A DNA stretch of 64,000 bases from Bugula neritina (lineage: Eukaryota; Animalia; Bryozoa): assembly GCA_964035545.1 (NCBI GenBank), contig OZ037765.1, positions 32,115,504 through 32,179,503 on the forward strand. Reading direction: 5' to 3'. The notes beneath the pieces were generated by a model, which was not told the origin of the DNA, did not search any database, and was given only the letters and a program-made list of their open reading frames with translations. Below are positions 49,221-61,339 of the stretch, piece by piece (position 1 is the first letter of the stretch; the number at the start of each line of letters is the position of its first letter). The position numbers and the translations under genes are program-made.

Positions 49221-52200
49221 ATGGATGTTTTGAAAAATCTGCTTTTAACCATTCATTCATGGCTTCACTTGCTTCCAGGATTTAGTATTATTGAGGTAAG
49301 CATTATGATTAACTTGCTTGCTAAGCTTTTCTTTTTGAGATTTGAAATGCTGATAGCAATTTGAAAATAGTTATTTAATTACTTATGCATGAAGTAGAGC
49401 AATACATGCTTTAAACACAGTCATAAGTAAAGTTCATCATTTGGCATGAAAAGCATTACCATAACTACTAGTTTATTTCACCGGCAATTTTAACTGATTC
49501 CATTTATTTTGCAAAACTTTCCAAATAACAAAAGAAAACAAACATGTTGATGGTGATTTTCTTTTTCAGCACTTAAATTTTTTTAAAATAAGATTTGATT
49601 TTACTTTAAATTTTTCTATACATCACTAAGTCATTTACTACTCGTCACTACAAAGTTTATGTTTTAGGAGTATATGTTGAATATCCTCAACTACATTAGA
49701 GTGAAAGTGAACAGTTCATGTGAGACATACAGTCTAGAATCATGGCAGATTATTCTCATGAGTGTAGCTGTGTTTCTGGCTACACAATGGCTGTGGGATT
49801 TCATCTTTTCTGGTGAAGGTAAGCTACTCCATCATTCTAATTCCTTCTTCGACCTTTTACAATCCAAATGCTAAATATTAGTATCACCACAGATGTGTGG
49901 TATCTATACACATCAGTGCTACAGCTTCTAATACTTTGACAACTTATTTGCAATTGTAAGTTTTTACAATTTGTTGACTGGAAAATGCTGGTTATAATTT
50001 ACTAGGCTAATCAGGGATTCAATTATTCTAGCAATGCTGATTTAGACATTGAGCATTAAATTTGAAAGTTATCCGAAAAAAAATAGCTTGTTTTCACTGA
50101 GCAATAGCAGTGAGTCATAATTTATTATTTTAATTGAAATTTAAGTTAATTATTTTATAAGCTCGCAATGTTTATAACCCAATGATGTAGTAGAATTTAT
50201 GTCATAAACTAATACTTTAACTAGCAATCTACTGGTTAATTGCAATTATAAACATGGAATCATCAAACTCAAATTGATTATGTTATAACTCAACAATCAC
50301 TTCCACTATAACAACTGCACCTAGTTCTAATCACTTTGATAATAGAGTATTATCATAATGCTAATGTCAACTAAAAACAGATAGCTTCTATTTGTTATAT
50401 TTGTTTCAAGTTTGGGATTTAACTGATCAATATCAGCATGAATATTTAAATTACAAATAGGATGTTATTCTTACATAATTAAATGCAATGAACAACTAAT
50501 TATCATGTGACAAAATTGGTTAGAATATCAAAATAGTTGCAAAATTGGTATATTGTTTGGCAACAGAAAATCATAATAATTATGATTCAGTAATTTACTA
50601 CAATATCTGATGGTAAAATTATAAATACTATCATAATCAAGGCTCATTTATAAGCACTACTACACAAATGACTTGAGATCAAATAAAAAAGTTCATCAGA
50701 AATGGCATTTTCAAGTGACCTGCAAAGCTAAAGAAATTATTTCCTAGATTTGGTGCGCGAGTTGAAATTATCATGAAAACATAACTTCTTTTGTTACATT
50801 TCTAATATCTATTAATATTTGTGAGAAGTTTAAATGAGTGTGTTTACAGAATGTCTTTTGGAGGATAGTTTTTGTCACTATCAGATTTCCAAACTACAAA
50901 ATATACTACAAATTAAGTTTCATGGGAGTACAACTCTACAGCTGTATTGACATAGCAAAGATATTTCTGTAGATTTTGATATTTTTCAAGTTTTATTAGG
51001 CAACCCTAACATCCCTGGGGGGTAGGGTGAGTTGTAAGATATTGTCAGTTTATAGGCAACACAACACATATTTACTTTCATATTCTCCGGGTTTGAAATT
51101 GTTGCATATTTTTAAATTATATAAAGAATTATTCATATTAGTTTCACAAAGCTATTGACTTATTTTATTGTATTAGCATATGAAGCAAAGTGATTTATTT
51201 ATGTGATTGACCTCTAGAGGTTTAACCTGGTGTGTTCTGTGTAACTATTAGATGTGATCAATAATTGCAAGGTTGTTGACTTCTAGCACACAGTTACTAC
51301 CAGGAGTCTTTGCATACTGCAATTCATTTTTCTCCATCTATCAATTTTAACAAGTAACAAATATCTCATGAGTTTTCCTGTATTTTTGGAAGATTCAGGA
51401 TGCCCTCGTCTATCTCTCATTGGTGGTTTTCAAAATCATCTGAGCTTGAAACTTGATAACAGAAAATTAGTATAAGAAATTAAGTTTCAAGTAACTGATT
51501 TTATTGTTAAATGAACCACATAATTTAGATTATCATATTAAAAGATGTCACTTCTAATTGTTGTTTGTTGTGCTTATAAATGTACTCTTGTCGATTTGCA
51601 TTTCTGCTATAACGTTGATCCCAGACATAGCCTGTGCTACTGCTGTAGTTACAATTTAGCCTGTGTCCCTAGGTGCTGTCGCCAAAGTTAAGAAGGCGGT
51701 GTTCAGGTGGGTACGCAAGATTCCTTACGTGCAGAGACAAATACAGCTAGAAGTCTCCAAAACCGCTAAGTCCATGCAAGACTCTTTTGCTAAAGATCTT
51801 AAACCTGGAATGTCTTTTATTAGAAAGTTGCCTTTTTATGGCAATTCCTCGGTACGTATTCGTCAAAAGTTGTAGTGGTATGTTGGAGCCACAACTATTA
51901 TCATACTACAGTGTGCTTTGTGTGTATGCTACATGGAGCTAATCTTATCTAACTGCTGGTATCTATCTTGTTATGTACCAGCCCTTTTACTACTATCTTG
52001 TCCAGCTGGACTTTGCACCCGGCTATAGACTTGGCTCCAGTAATTAGTCATGTTATGACATGCGCCCTTGCGGAATGTCCCTATCACTCCTCCTATATGT
52101 TGAATGATTACTTTTCACTTGCTAAAGTAGTTGTCCAATAATCAGTTTTCCTCGCACTGTACTATGCTCTATAACACAGTATAACATATTATACACTGTA

Positions 52201-55200
52201 GACTGTAGAGAAAGTGTGCTGTAGTGTTTTGTGTTGGTTGTATATCTGTTATGTAATTGTTGTAGGATGAAGTCTGCCGGTTAGCTGAAACTTACAAATC
52301 AATGCGTATGTTATATAAATATTTTATTAGTATATTTTATTTATGGTACATTATAATATTTGCTCTCTTACAATACTAAAAAGTATTTTATCTCAGCAAT
52401 TCACCCTTTGTTTAATGCCGTTATTAGAGTTTTTTCTATAACCTCATTTGAAACTGAGAGAAATATTGTTGGAAAAGGTCATCCAATAAGAAAGTTTTGT
52501 AGTCCAAAAACAACCAATCAGAGAGCATTATACTAAGATGGAATCTAACATGCTTAGACTCTGCCATAACCTTGTTTAAAACACCACTTTTAATAGAAAA
52601 ATTTTTTCTGTTATTTAATGCTATCTTTTGTCCTGATGTTTTAACATTTATTTGGTATAGCATGTGTTATGTAAACATGTTTTATTGAAGAAAATATTGT
52701 AGAGTCAGTTTCTGATATTCAATAAGGTTTTTTATACGACTTGCTGTTTGTAGGCTCTTTAGAGTTGAATAGAGGTCGAGCGTCGGGCACTTTATATAAT
52801 GGAGGGGAGGAGTTAACAGAACTAAATGGACAGGTAAGACCAGGTGAACGCCTCGTAGCCTCTTAGTGGTGTGTTTTATTCGCATCGATTTTTTGCAACT
52901 TTGCAGTAATAATGACCAACAATCTCTACAAGTTAATCTTCACTTTATGAGTTAATCCCACAAGTTTAGCTCCATGTTCCCAGCTCTTTGTGAGCTGCGG
53001 TAGAATATGCTGCGTATGTTGAGTTGTTTCTGTTCAGATTTACAAGATGTTTGCCTGGACAAACCCTCTCCATGGGGATGTGTTTCCTGATATAAGGAAG
53101 ATGGAGGCGGAAGTTGTGCAGATGTGTATCAGCATGTTCAACGGGGGATCGGACGCCTGTGGGACTGTGAGTAGTACTCTAACTACTCTGTACTATATAC
53201 TATGTACTAACTATTATATACTAACTACTATGTACTATATACTACTATATACTTACTACTCTTTACTAACTACTATATACTAACTACTCTGTACTAACTA
53301 CTCTGTTTTAATACTCTGTACTAACTATTATATACTAACTATTATATACTAACTACTATGTACTATATACTACTATATACTTACTACTCTTTACTAACTA
53401 CTATATACTAACTACTCTGTACTAACTATTTTGCACTAACTACCATATACTGATATATGACACTCTAACTTTGTTATAATAAAATATCTTTTAGCGCTAC
53501 TGTAATTTGACTCCCAGTATAATATTACTGATGACCACAAAATTAATACAATTCAATGCAATTTATAGTATAATTTATTGGTCTAATTGTGCATTGTTAT
53601 GACTATATTACTTTGTTATCTAATACTACCATCAATACACAAATGACTGTTCAGAGTTTATATTACATCACCGCTTTGTGTACTTCCTTATATACTCGGC
53701 TATACTTCACTGGCAGAATGCACGCTGTCTTTCTACTGTATACTTTTAACTACTATATACTCTAACTAATACTATATACTCTAACTAATACTGTATACTC
53801 TAACTAATACTGTATACTCTAACTAATACTATAACTAGTACATACTTTAACTAATACTATAACTAGTACGTACTTTAACTAATACTATAACTAATATATA
53901 CTCTAACTAATACTATATACTCTAACTAATACTATAACTGAGATGTACTCCACTGTTTAGATGACCTCTGGCGGTACTGAGAGTATAATGCTGGCATGCA
54001 AAGCGTACAGAGACCGGGCTATAAGACAAGGAATTAAACACCCAGATATGTATGTAGTTATCTCCTCCTGTACTCTTTTACTCTACCCAAGGTTGCAGAG
54101 GTTATAATGACTGTATGTGATCTTTTGTATTACAACCATTACTTTGTTATATGTCACTGAATACATACTGTATGTTTTATCTGTTGTCTAGGGTCGTTCC
54201 AAGGTCAGCCCACGCTGCCTTTGAAAAGGTTAGTAACTGTTTGATGTTAATTCTATTTAATGTATTCTAGTTATCACAATGTCTAATGCTATACTATATA
54301 AGTGTGATGTGTTATAGTGCTTTCAATATAAACTGTAAAATATGGTGAAATAGATCATACTGTTTTATCTATGTAGAATAAACTCACACAAGTTTATAGT
54401 TACCATCCCTGTGAGAACCCCTGATGGAAAAGGTTTTTAAGTGGCACAAGAGCAATTATGATTGGATGCTCTTCCTAACATCACCAATGACCTTTACTGG
54501 GGTTCGAACCCACGACTTCGTGCTTACTAAGTCAGCGCTCTAACTCATTGACCACAGCTGCTCCCACTTTTTCTATATGTAGAATGTTACAATAAAACCA
54601 AATTTTATGCTTTATAAAAGTGCTAAGATTTAATACACTGAATAAACAGTAAACTGTGATATGACAGACTGCGGAGCTGTGATGTAATTACATGTTGTTC
54701 TACTTAATGTAGGCATGTCAGACATTTGGTATAAAGTTCATACCAGTACCCGCAGACCCTGTCACTATGAAGGTAGATGTGCGTAAGATGAAGAAACTGA
54801 TTACTAGAAATACGTGTATGGTAAGTGTAGAATGTAAGATAGTAAGTGTAAGTTTGTGTTAGTACACATTGTAAGTGAGGGGCATATTACAGAGTAAGTA
54901 CGTATTGTAAGAATATTATATGGGAGCTATACAGGAACTGTGTGCAAGTGAGTTTAAATTATACGTGTATTATATGATAGGTGTAGAGTGTAAGTACATC
55001 ACATAGTGTAAGTACATTACATAGTGTAAGTACATTACATGTGTAAGTACATTACATAGTGTAAGTACATTACATAGTGTAAGTACATTACAGAGTGTAA
55101 GTACATTACATAGTGTAAGTACATTACATAGTGTAAGTACATTACGTAGTGTAAGTACATTACATAGTGTAAGTACTAAGTAAACTTCTGCAGGACACAA

Positions 55201-56747
55201 GCCACAGCCGCACACTATTTAATATAAAAAGTAAGTCAAGATGTATCTTTAGTTAATATTTTGTTACATTGCAAAACTTGACAATAGAATGTTTCTGAGG
55301 AGTTGTGTGCACTCTGTGACTCCCTGATCTCTGTTCTAGTTGGTGGGCAGTACCCCGGACTTCCCTACTGGTGTGATGGATCCTATCGAAGAGATCAGTG
55401 CTGTAAGTAACTGTTGATGCAACTCACTACTTCAGCTAACGTACAGTGTAAGTCACCGAGTTGATGGATCTCTCTGGGTTTATGTTTTAGTTGGGAGCCA
55501 AGTATAACATCCCTGTTCATGTAGACGCGTGTCTCGGCGGATTTCTCATTCCTTTCATGGAGAAAGCTGGCTACCCGCTACCTCTGTTTGACTTTAGACT
55601 TCCTGGTGTCACCAGCATTTCCTGTGATACTCATAAGGTAATACTTCATGGGATACTCATAAGGTAACACTTCTTAAGATCATAAAACTAGAGTTGGAGC
55701 ACTTTCGCAGAGTTAGCAAAGCCAACATGTTCTGCCTTTTCTCTCTCTAGTACGGCTTTGCTCCCAAAGGTTCATCCGTTGTGCTGTACTCATCTATTGA
55801 AATGAGGCGCTACCAATACTACGTCATCACTGATTGGCCAGGTGGCATCTATGCCACGCCTACTTTTGGAGGTATGTATTGCAGTCTTACAATTTCTAAA
55901 AATAAACAAGTTAAATTTACATGTATATGGATCTTTAGAAGTGACATCCTGTCAAAGACTATAAACACATGAGCATTGTCAAAGGCTATTTTGTATTATC
56001 TAAAACTTCAGAAACTGTAGAAACTATTGTGTTGGAAGACACTAAAGATATTATTAGATGTTTCGGAATGTAATCAAGGAGATCTACACTCTCTGAGAAT
56101 ATGATAACTCCCAAATAGTGCAATTTTTTGTCTATTGGCTCTTTCTTTGGTTTTGTGGATTTTTGAGATGTCAACTCATAGAGATTACGAGAATCCGACA
56201 TGTTGTTTATATTATAACAGGAAGTAGACCGGGCGCCATTATTGCCGCATGCTGGGCCACTATGGTACACTACGGAGAGACTGGCTACATCAACACTACT
56301 TGTAAGATAATAGACACGGCTAGATACATCAAGCAAGAGTAAGTTATCCCTCATGATATCCTACGACCTACAATTTATCATGACATTAATTTATTTAGTT
56401 GCTCATCTTGAGTCAACTGTTTCACAGAATGGTGATTGTTTATTCAGAGTTTGATTTGCTGAAAATGAAAAGTTACATTGGTTACTGGTGATGTCATATT
56501 TTTGTTGTAGAGTGGCGGAAATACCGGGGCTGTTTGTGTACGGCGACCCCCTTGTATCCATCATTGCAATCGGCAGTCTGGACTTCAATATATTCAGACT
56601 TACTGAAGCACTGACTAAGCGTGGCTGGAGTTTAAACGCTTTACAATTTCCATCTTGGTACGTCGTGTTGTTTCTAACATCTACCATGATACTGATATAA
56701 CTAGTACTACTACTACTACTACTACTACTATTACTACTACTACTACA

Positions 56748-56811
<64 letters not shown>

Positions 56812-56835
56812 GTACTATTATTACTACTGCTGCTG

Positions 56836-56868
<33 letters not shown>

Positions 56869-57528
56869 TTAGTACTTTTATTGCTACTGCTACTACTACT
56901 ACTAGTACTACTGCAAATGTACTTATTACTTCTAACAATAAAGTACATTTGCAGTTTTCACATTTGCTGTACCCTACTTCACACACTGCCCGGAGTTGCT
57001 GACGAGTTCCTATCAGACGTGAGGGAGTGTACGGCCGTGATAATGGCTGACCCTCAGCAGAAGGCCACTGGAATGGTAAGCCTCCCTCTCACTCTTCTCT
57101 CACCTGCCTTAAATGATTCCAAGTTGTTTTAAACTTTTGCCCTGCAAGCATTCAGCTTAAATTTAAACAAGATGGAAATTATGTGTGCAGATATGAATGC
57201 TGTATTTTCAATATGATGAGCTCCCTTAATTTTTTTTCTAAATTTTTTATAAAGTATCACGAAGATTGTGTGTTGTAGTATTACCATGCAATTTGCCACA
57301 GTTTACATTTAAGGCAAGAATTAATCATTTAGATGAATGAAACGCATGCAACTTTATATTATTTATTTTCTTTTTGTGCTGCAGGCCGCGCTGTACGGTA
57401 TGTCTCAAACTATACCCGACAGATCTTTGGTGGGGGAGTTAGTAATGGAGTATTTAGATGCTCTGTATGACACTAGCTACTCCTCTAAACCGTCTAGTAT
57501 GTCTAATGGACACGCCACACATTCCTAG
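49221..57528 (+). CDS. SGPL1: Sphingosine-1-phosphate lyase (PLP-dependent)
   Basis: Exons ~49221-49295, 49668-49819, 51673-51851, 52266-52305, 52754-52833, 53038-53166, 53961-54049, 54192-54228, 54713-54820, 55340-55402, 55491-55637, 55751-55871, 56221-56339, 56511-56657, 56955-57075 and 57385-57528. Motifs [64 protein letters not shown] (PLP lysine), [27 protein letters not shown] and [14 protein letters not shown]. Confidence 0.96.
53168..53945. repeat. Low-complexity TACTA/ACTAT tandem repeats at both ends of an SGPL1 intron
   Basis: Arrays at ~53170-53450 and ~53745-53940. Confidence 0.8.
54380..54565 (-). mobile_element. tRNA-derived SINE (same family as 6946-7152)
   Basis: Reverse complement has GTGGTCAATGAGTTAGAGCG (A box), GGTTCGAACCC (B box), and the shared body GAAGAGCATCCAATCATAATTGCTC...TTCTCACAGGGAT...TAAACTTGTGTGAGTT. 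Flanked by a TATGTAGAAT duplication. Confidence 0.8.
54989..55177 (+). repeat. 18-bp minisatellite GTGTAAGTACATTACATA
   Basis: About 10-11 tandem copies, each containing GTAAGT. Confidence 0.9.
56700..56912. repeat. (ACT)n microsatellite in SGPL1 intron
   Basis: Source of the spurious poly-Thr, poly-Ser and poly-Val ORFs. Confidence 0.92.
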
Positions 57529-58057
57529 CCCATGGTATCACTATCCAGTAGCCAAATGTATTCGATAACATATTTATAGACTCAATGCGAAAGTTCTTTC
57601 GCATTGTGCTTTATTTTATGAGCTGGTTTTGCGGCGTGTTGTGTTTTGTATGCCGTGTTCCTATTTTTAGCTGCTCAGTTTGTTCAACAATATTTTTTTG
57701 TGGTTTGAAATTTACTAACATATTTGTTGTTGGAGTTTATGAGGTCTTGTAGATTTACTGAATTAGGTGTTTAAAAGCTTGGAACTTTTGAACTAATTAT
57801 ACTGGTAGAGATTCTATATTTGCATAATGTTTTTCCTTTTCGGGTTTTGTTATGGGTATTAATTGTTCTATAATTAGAGTAATTGTTCTATTATTAGATT
57901 AAGTGTTCTATTATTGGATTAATTGTTCTATAATTACATGCTATTTTATGTCTTTCTATTTTGTATGTGAGATTGTTTTGTTATTGAAATAAAATTCTTA
58001 AGCCAATATATTATAGTCTGTTATAATAGCCGAAATCAACTTGCCACTTCTCTTCTA

Positions 58058-59802
58058 TTAAGCAATGTTCTTGTGTGACCTTGAACTCTTGTTGCTATAG
58101 TTACTGTCTAAACTCTTTCTTCTTACAGAATGCTGTGATAACTCAATTTGTCCAGATCTGCGCCCGGTCTCGGAAGGACTTGGAGTGTTTAGTGTAGACC
58201 TCATTGATTTACTTTGCATGGTGTGAGTTGAGAGCAGGGTGGGAGTTTTGTGCTCGCTCACTTCCTGTAATCTTGTTGTATTATAATCAGCGCTACCTCT
58301 TCGTGACCTTGATGAACTTTTCAGCGTATGGAACGAGTCTGTACTCCCAGTTTTGATTCTCTGGTCATTCATGATTGGCTGAATAAGATTCTGTGTTTCT
58401 CTCAGATCGTCTCGGTTCTGCGTGTCAAACATTTCAGTTGCCTGGCGTTTCAGTTCATTACTTTTCCTTTTCACAACTTGTTCTACAATATCTTGTAGCT
58501 TAGGGAGACTTTGCCGAACATTCTCTGCGTTTAGAGTCGGGTCATCTTGCTGCTCATCAGCTGTGGACATCAGCAAGTCTTTTATTTCGTCTTCTGGTAC
58601 CATTTTCTCTAGATAGTTTTGGAGCAGTTTTTGACGATAAAGGTCAAAATTTGAATAATTGTCATTCGGACTCTAAAAATATAATTGCAGTAAAAAGTTG
58701 CTGTTCAAATGGAATAAGTTTTAGGATCTTATATTGATACTGATGAACTACAATTGATGCATAAATAAAACATTTTAATTTCTTTAGCAACAGGTATTGT
58801 TTTGTTAATGGATTCTAGACCAATAGAGGCAGTTGTAACATGGAACGTTGTTGGCTATTGGCTGATAATAGTTTTTGTCTGGAATCAGAATTTTAGCTAA
58901 ATAATTGAAAACTAAGGCTAAATAAAGCCCTTCACTTTCATGCATTATGAGGCACTCAATGAGTTACAAACAGCATAGTTTCTCAGACTAACCAAAACGG
59001 AAGTGGGAGACGTAAATATTGGCTCAATGTCCTCAGGTGCTGATTGCTGTTGAAGAGAATTTAGAGACTCTTTAGACGAGTCTCCCAACTTCTGGGCTAC
59101 TTTATGGGCACTCTTTAGTAAACGCGCTGTGTCCACGCTAGTAATTTTATAGGCTAAAGTAGACACTATTGGGACTTCACTGGTATAGGAGGACCGGCGT
59201 CTTTGCTCCTTTCGGTAGAGAACTATAAACCCCACACCAGGTAGTCCAAAAACAACTCCTATTCCACTCATAAGAATACCTGAAATAAACCATATGATTT
59301 TAGAAAATTTTTACATTATGGACATGTATATGTACATGTCTATGCACACACACACGCACACGCACGCACACACACGCACACACACGCACACACACGCACA
59401 CACACGCACACACACTCACACACACTCACACAATTGTAATGTAGGCAACAAAGTTGAAAAGGTTGTGACAGGCTATAATTTTCTGTTAGCAGTAATAAGT
59501 CTCATGGTCCTGTCCCAACACTAGGTAATCTGATTAAGGTTAAGGGCAACTCCTAATCTATGTTAACAACCTGAGTTATTGTTTTACGTACCAACAGTCT
59601 GAAGTGACCTGGCAACGTTATCTTTACCAATGCTAAGGTACACTCCATCCAACACAAAGAGTATAACTCCAGCAACTAGGAATAACCCTGATAGAACACA
59701 CAAGGCCAAACCTTTTTGGTACTCATCACCAGTTTCAGTATACGCATTGAGGTTCTCTCTTTCTTTGTCATCTGTTATCTCCCCTTGTCTAAAGAAAAAC
59801 AT
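58058..59802 (-). CDS. Uncharacterised two-pass transmembrane protein, 3 exons
   Basis: Exons 59592-59802 (MFFFRQGE...GLALCVLSGLFLVAGVILFVLDGV), 58993-59279 (GILMSGIGVVFGLPGVGFIVLYRKEQRRR) and 58058-58672 (long Ser/Arg-rich cytoplasmic tail). GT-AG junctions keep frame, and the start has good context (GCGGCCATG). Confidence 0.7.
59345..59432. repeat. (CA)n/(CACG) microsatellite
   Basis: Visible directly. Confidence 0.9.
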
Positions 59803-61339
59803 GGCCGCTTGGCGTCTGCTGGAACTGCTCACTTTCAACACATCGCCATTATTATTGACAGTTTTTAGCTCGTTTATAGCGCGCGTAGAGCCTCAATTTG
59901 AAAAAATTGCAACAATGGCATAATTTAAGCGCATTTTTGTTATCTCGGATTTTATGTCCATTGTTGGCAGATTGTTTGATAGAAGTAAATTGTGTTATAT
60001 CCAGTTTTTGAAGCCATCATGCATGTAAACAATATATAATAGTTTTATAAGGAATTGAGTGTTTGGAAATTGGGTAAGTAGATAGTAGAATTGTACTTTT
60101 AGTATAAATTGTTTTACATAACATTTTGGACTTTGTATGTTATCTAATATTATCCTAATTGTAAGCATTAAGAGAGAGTTATAACTGTTATTTCTAATGC
60201 AACCAATGTGAACTAGAAATCATATCCTACTTCAACAGACTAGCTGACCCATCTTATTAGTTATATTACATAATATATAAGATAGTATATAGCAAAGCCT
60301 TCTAACTATTTCTTACATACATAATGTTTTATTACAAATATGGCTAGAAATCACAATTCATATTAGAAAAGTTGAGTTAAAGTAAAATATTAAATCCGAT
60401 AAAAATAGACATTTTTTGCTAGTGTAAAGATCTAGATTTAAAGCATATATAATAATGTTGTAATTGTAAATAGTCCTTTACAGGCTGTAAGGTTTATTTA
60501 GTTAAAGCCATGGCCTCACTCATACTCATACTTTGACTCTTATTTTTCTGTCAAATCTATAATGTTGATTAGCTGTAATTGCTATCTGGTAAATTAATGC
60601 CTCAATATAAAAATTGAAGTATAACATTAAAACATATGTTAGTCCATTATTGTAAACTAAAACAATATTATATTAAATCAAGTCTGTACTTCAAGTCTTG
60701 AGAAGTTTTCTTCCCTTGCATCGTAGCAACCGTTAATGGTTAAAACTGCAAGTTGTAAGCATCTACCTGTTATAATATATTGCAAGGAAATAAAATATAA
60801 ATGTCTTTCCTTAGCCTGATACGCTACAGTGATCCCTAGCCATTATTTATATAGTCATTTACTTATCTTTCCGTGATGAAATTGTTTTGGTCTTATTTAT
60901 GCAGCCATGTGCTTGCATCAGTATAGCATCCCAAGTTACTGCAAGACTCGAACTTTCCCTTACTAAAAACATGTTACTGAAATTTTTCCCAAAGTTTGAT
61001 TATTTTACAGCAGGTATAGATACAACATAATGTATAAGTGTATCTCTCATAGCTTACTTCGTCTAGAGTTGCCACTGGTACATCGTTGTATTCATAAAAA
61101 TTTAATTAACTACTAAATTCAAACGGAGTACTAATTCACTCCGCATCAACATAACACTGCAGTAAACTTGGTGAAATGATATCTGAAAGGCAACAATCCA
61201 CATAATATTATACTTCAATTGATTTTATTCAGAAATCATTGTAAACAAATTTGCGGGCACTAGAAAAGTACGTGATTTGGTAGAGTTTGCACAAAGAGAG
61301 AATAATACAAAATCAACTAACAATAATAAGGTGAACGAT

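Noticed and set aside
54989-55177. CRISPR-like arrays (also 39046-39245, 10527-10716, 63855-63992)
   Set aside because: Head-to-tail repeats with no unique spacers, no cas genes, and a eukaryotic intron context.
56403-57002. Poly-Thr/Ser/Val ORFs (mucin-like); also the poly-Ser ORF at 20003-20401
   Set aside because: Translations of intronic (ACT)n microsatellites bounded by GT-AG splice sites of SGPL1 and Robo.
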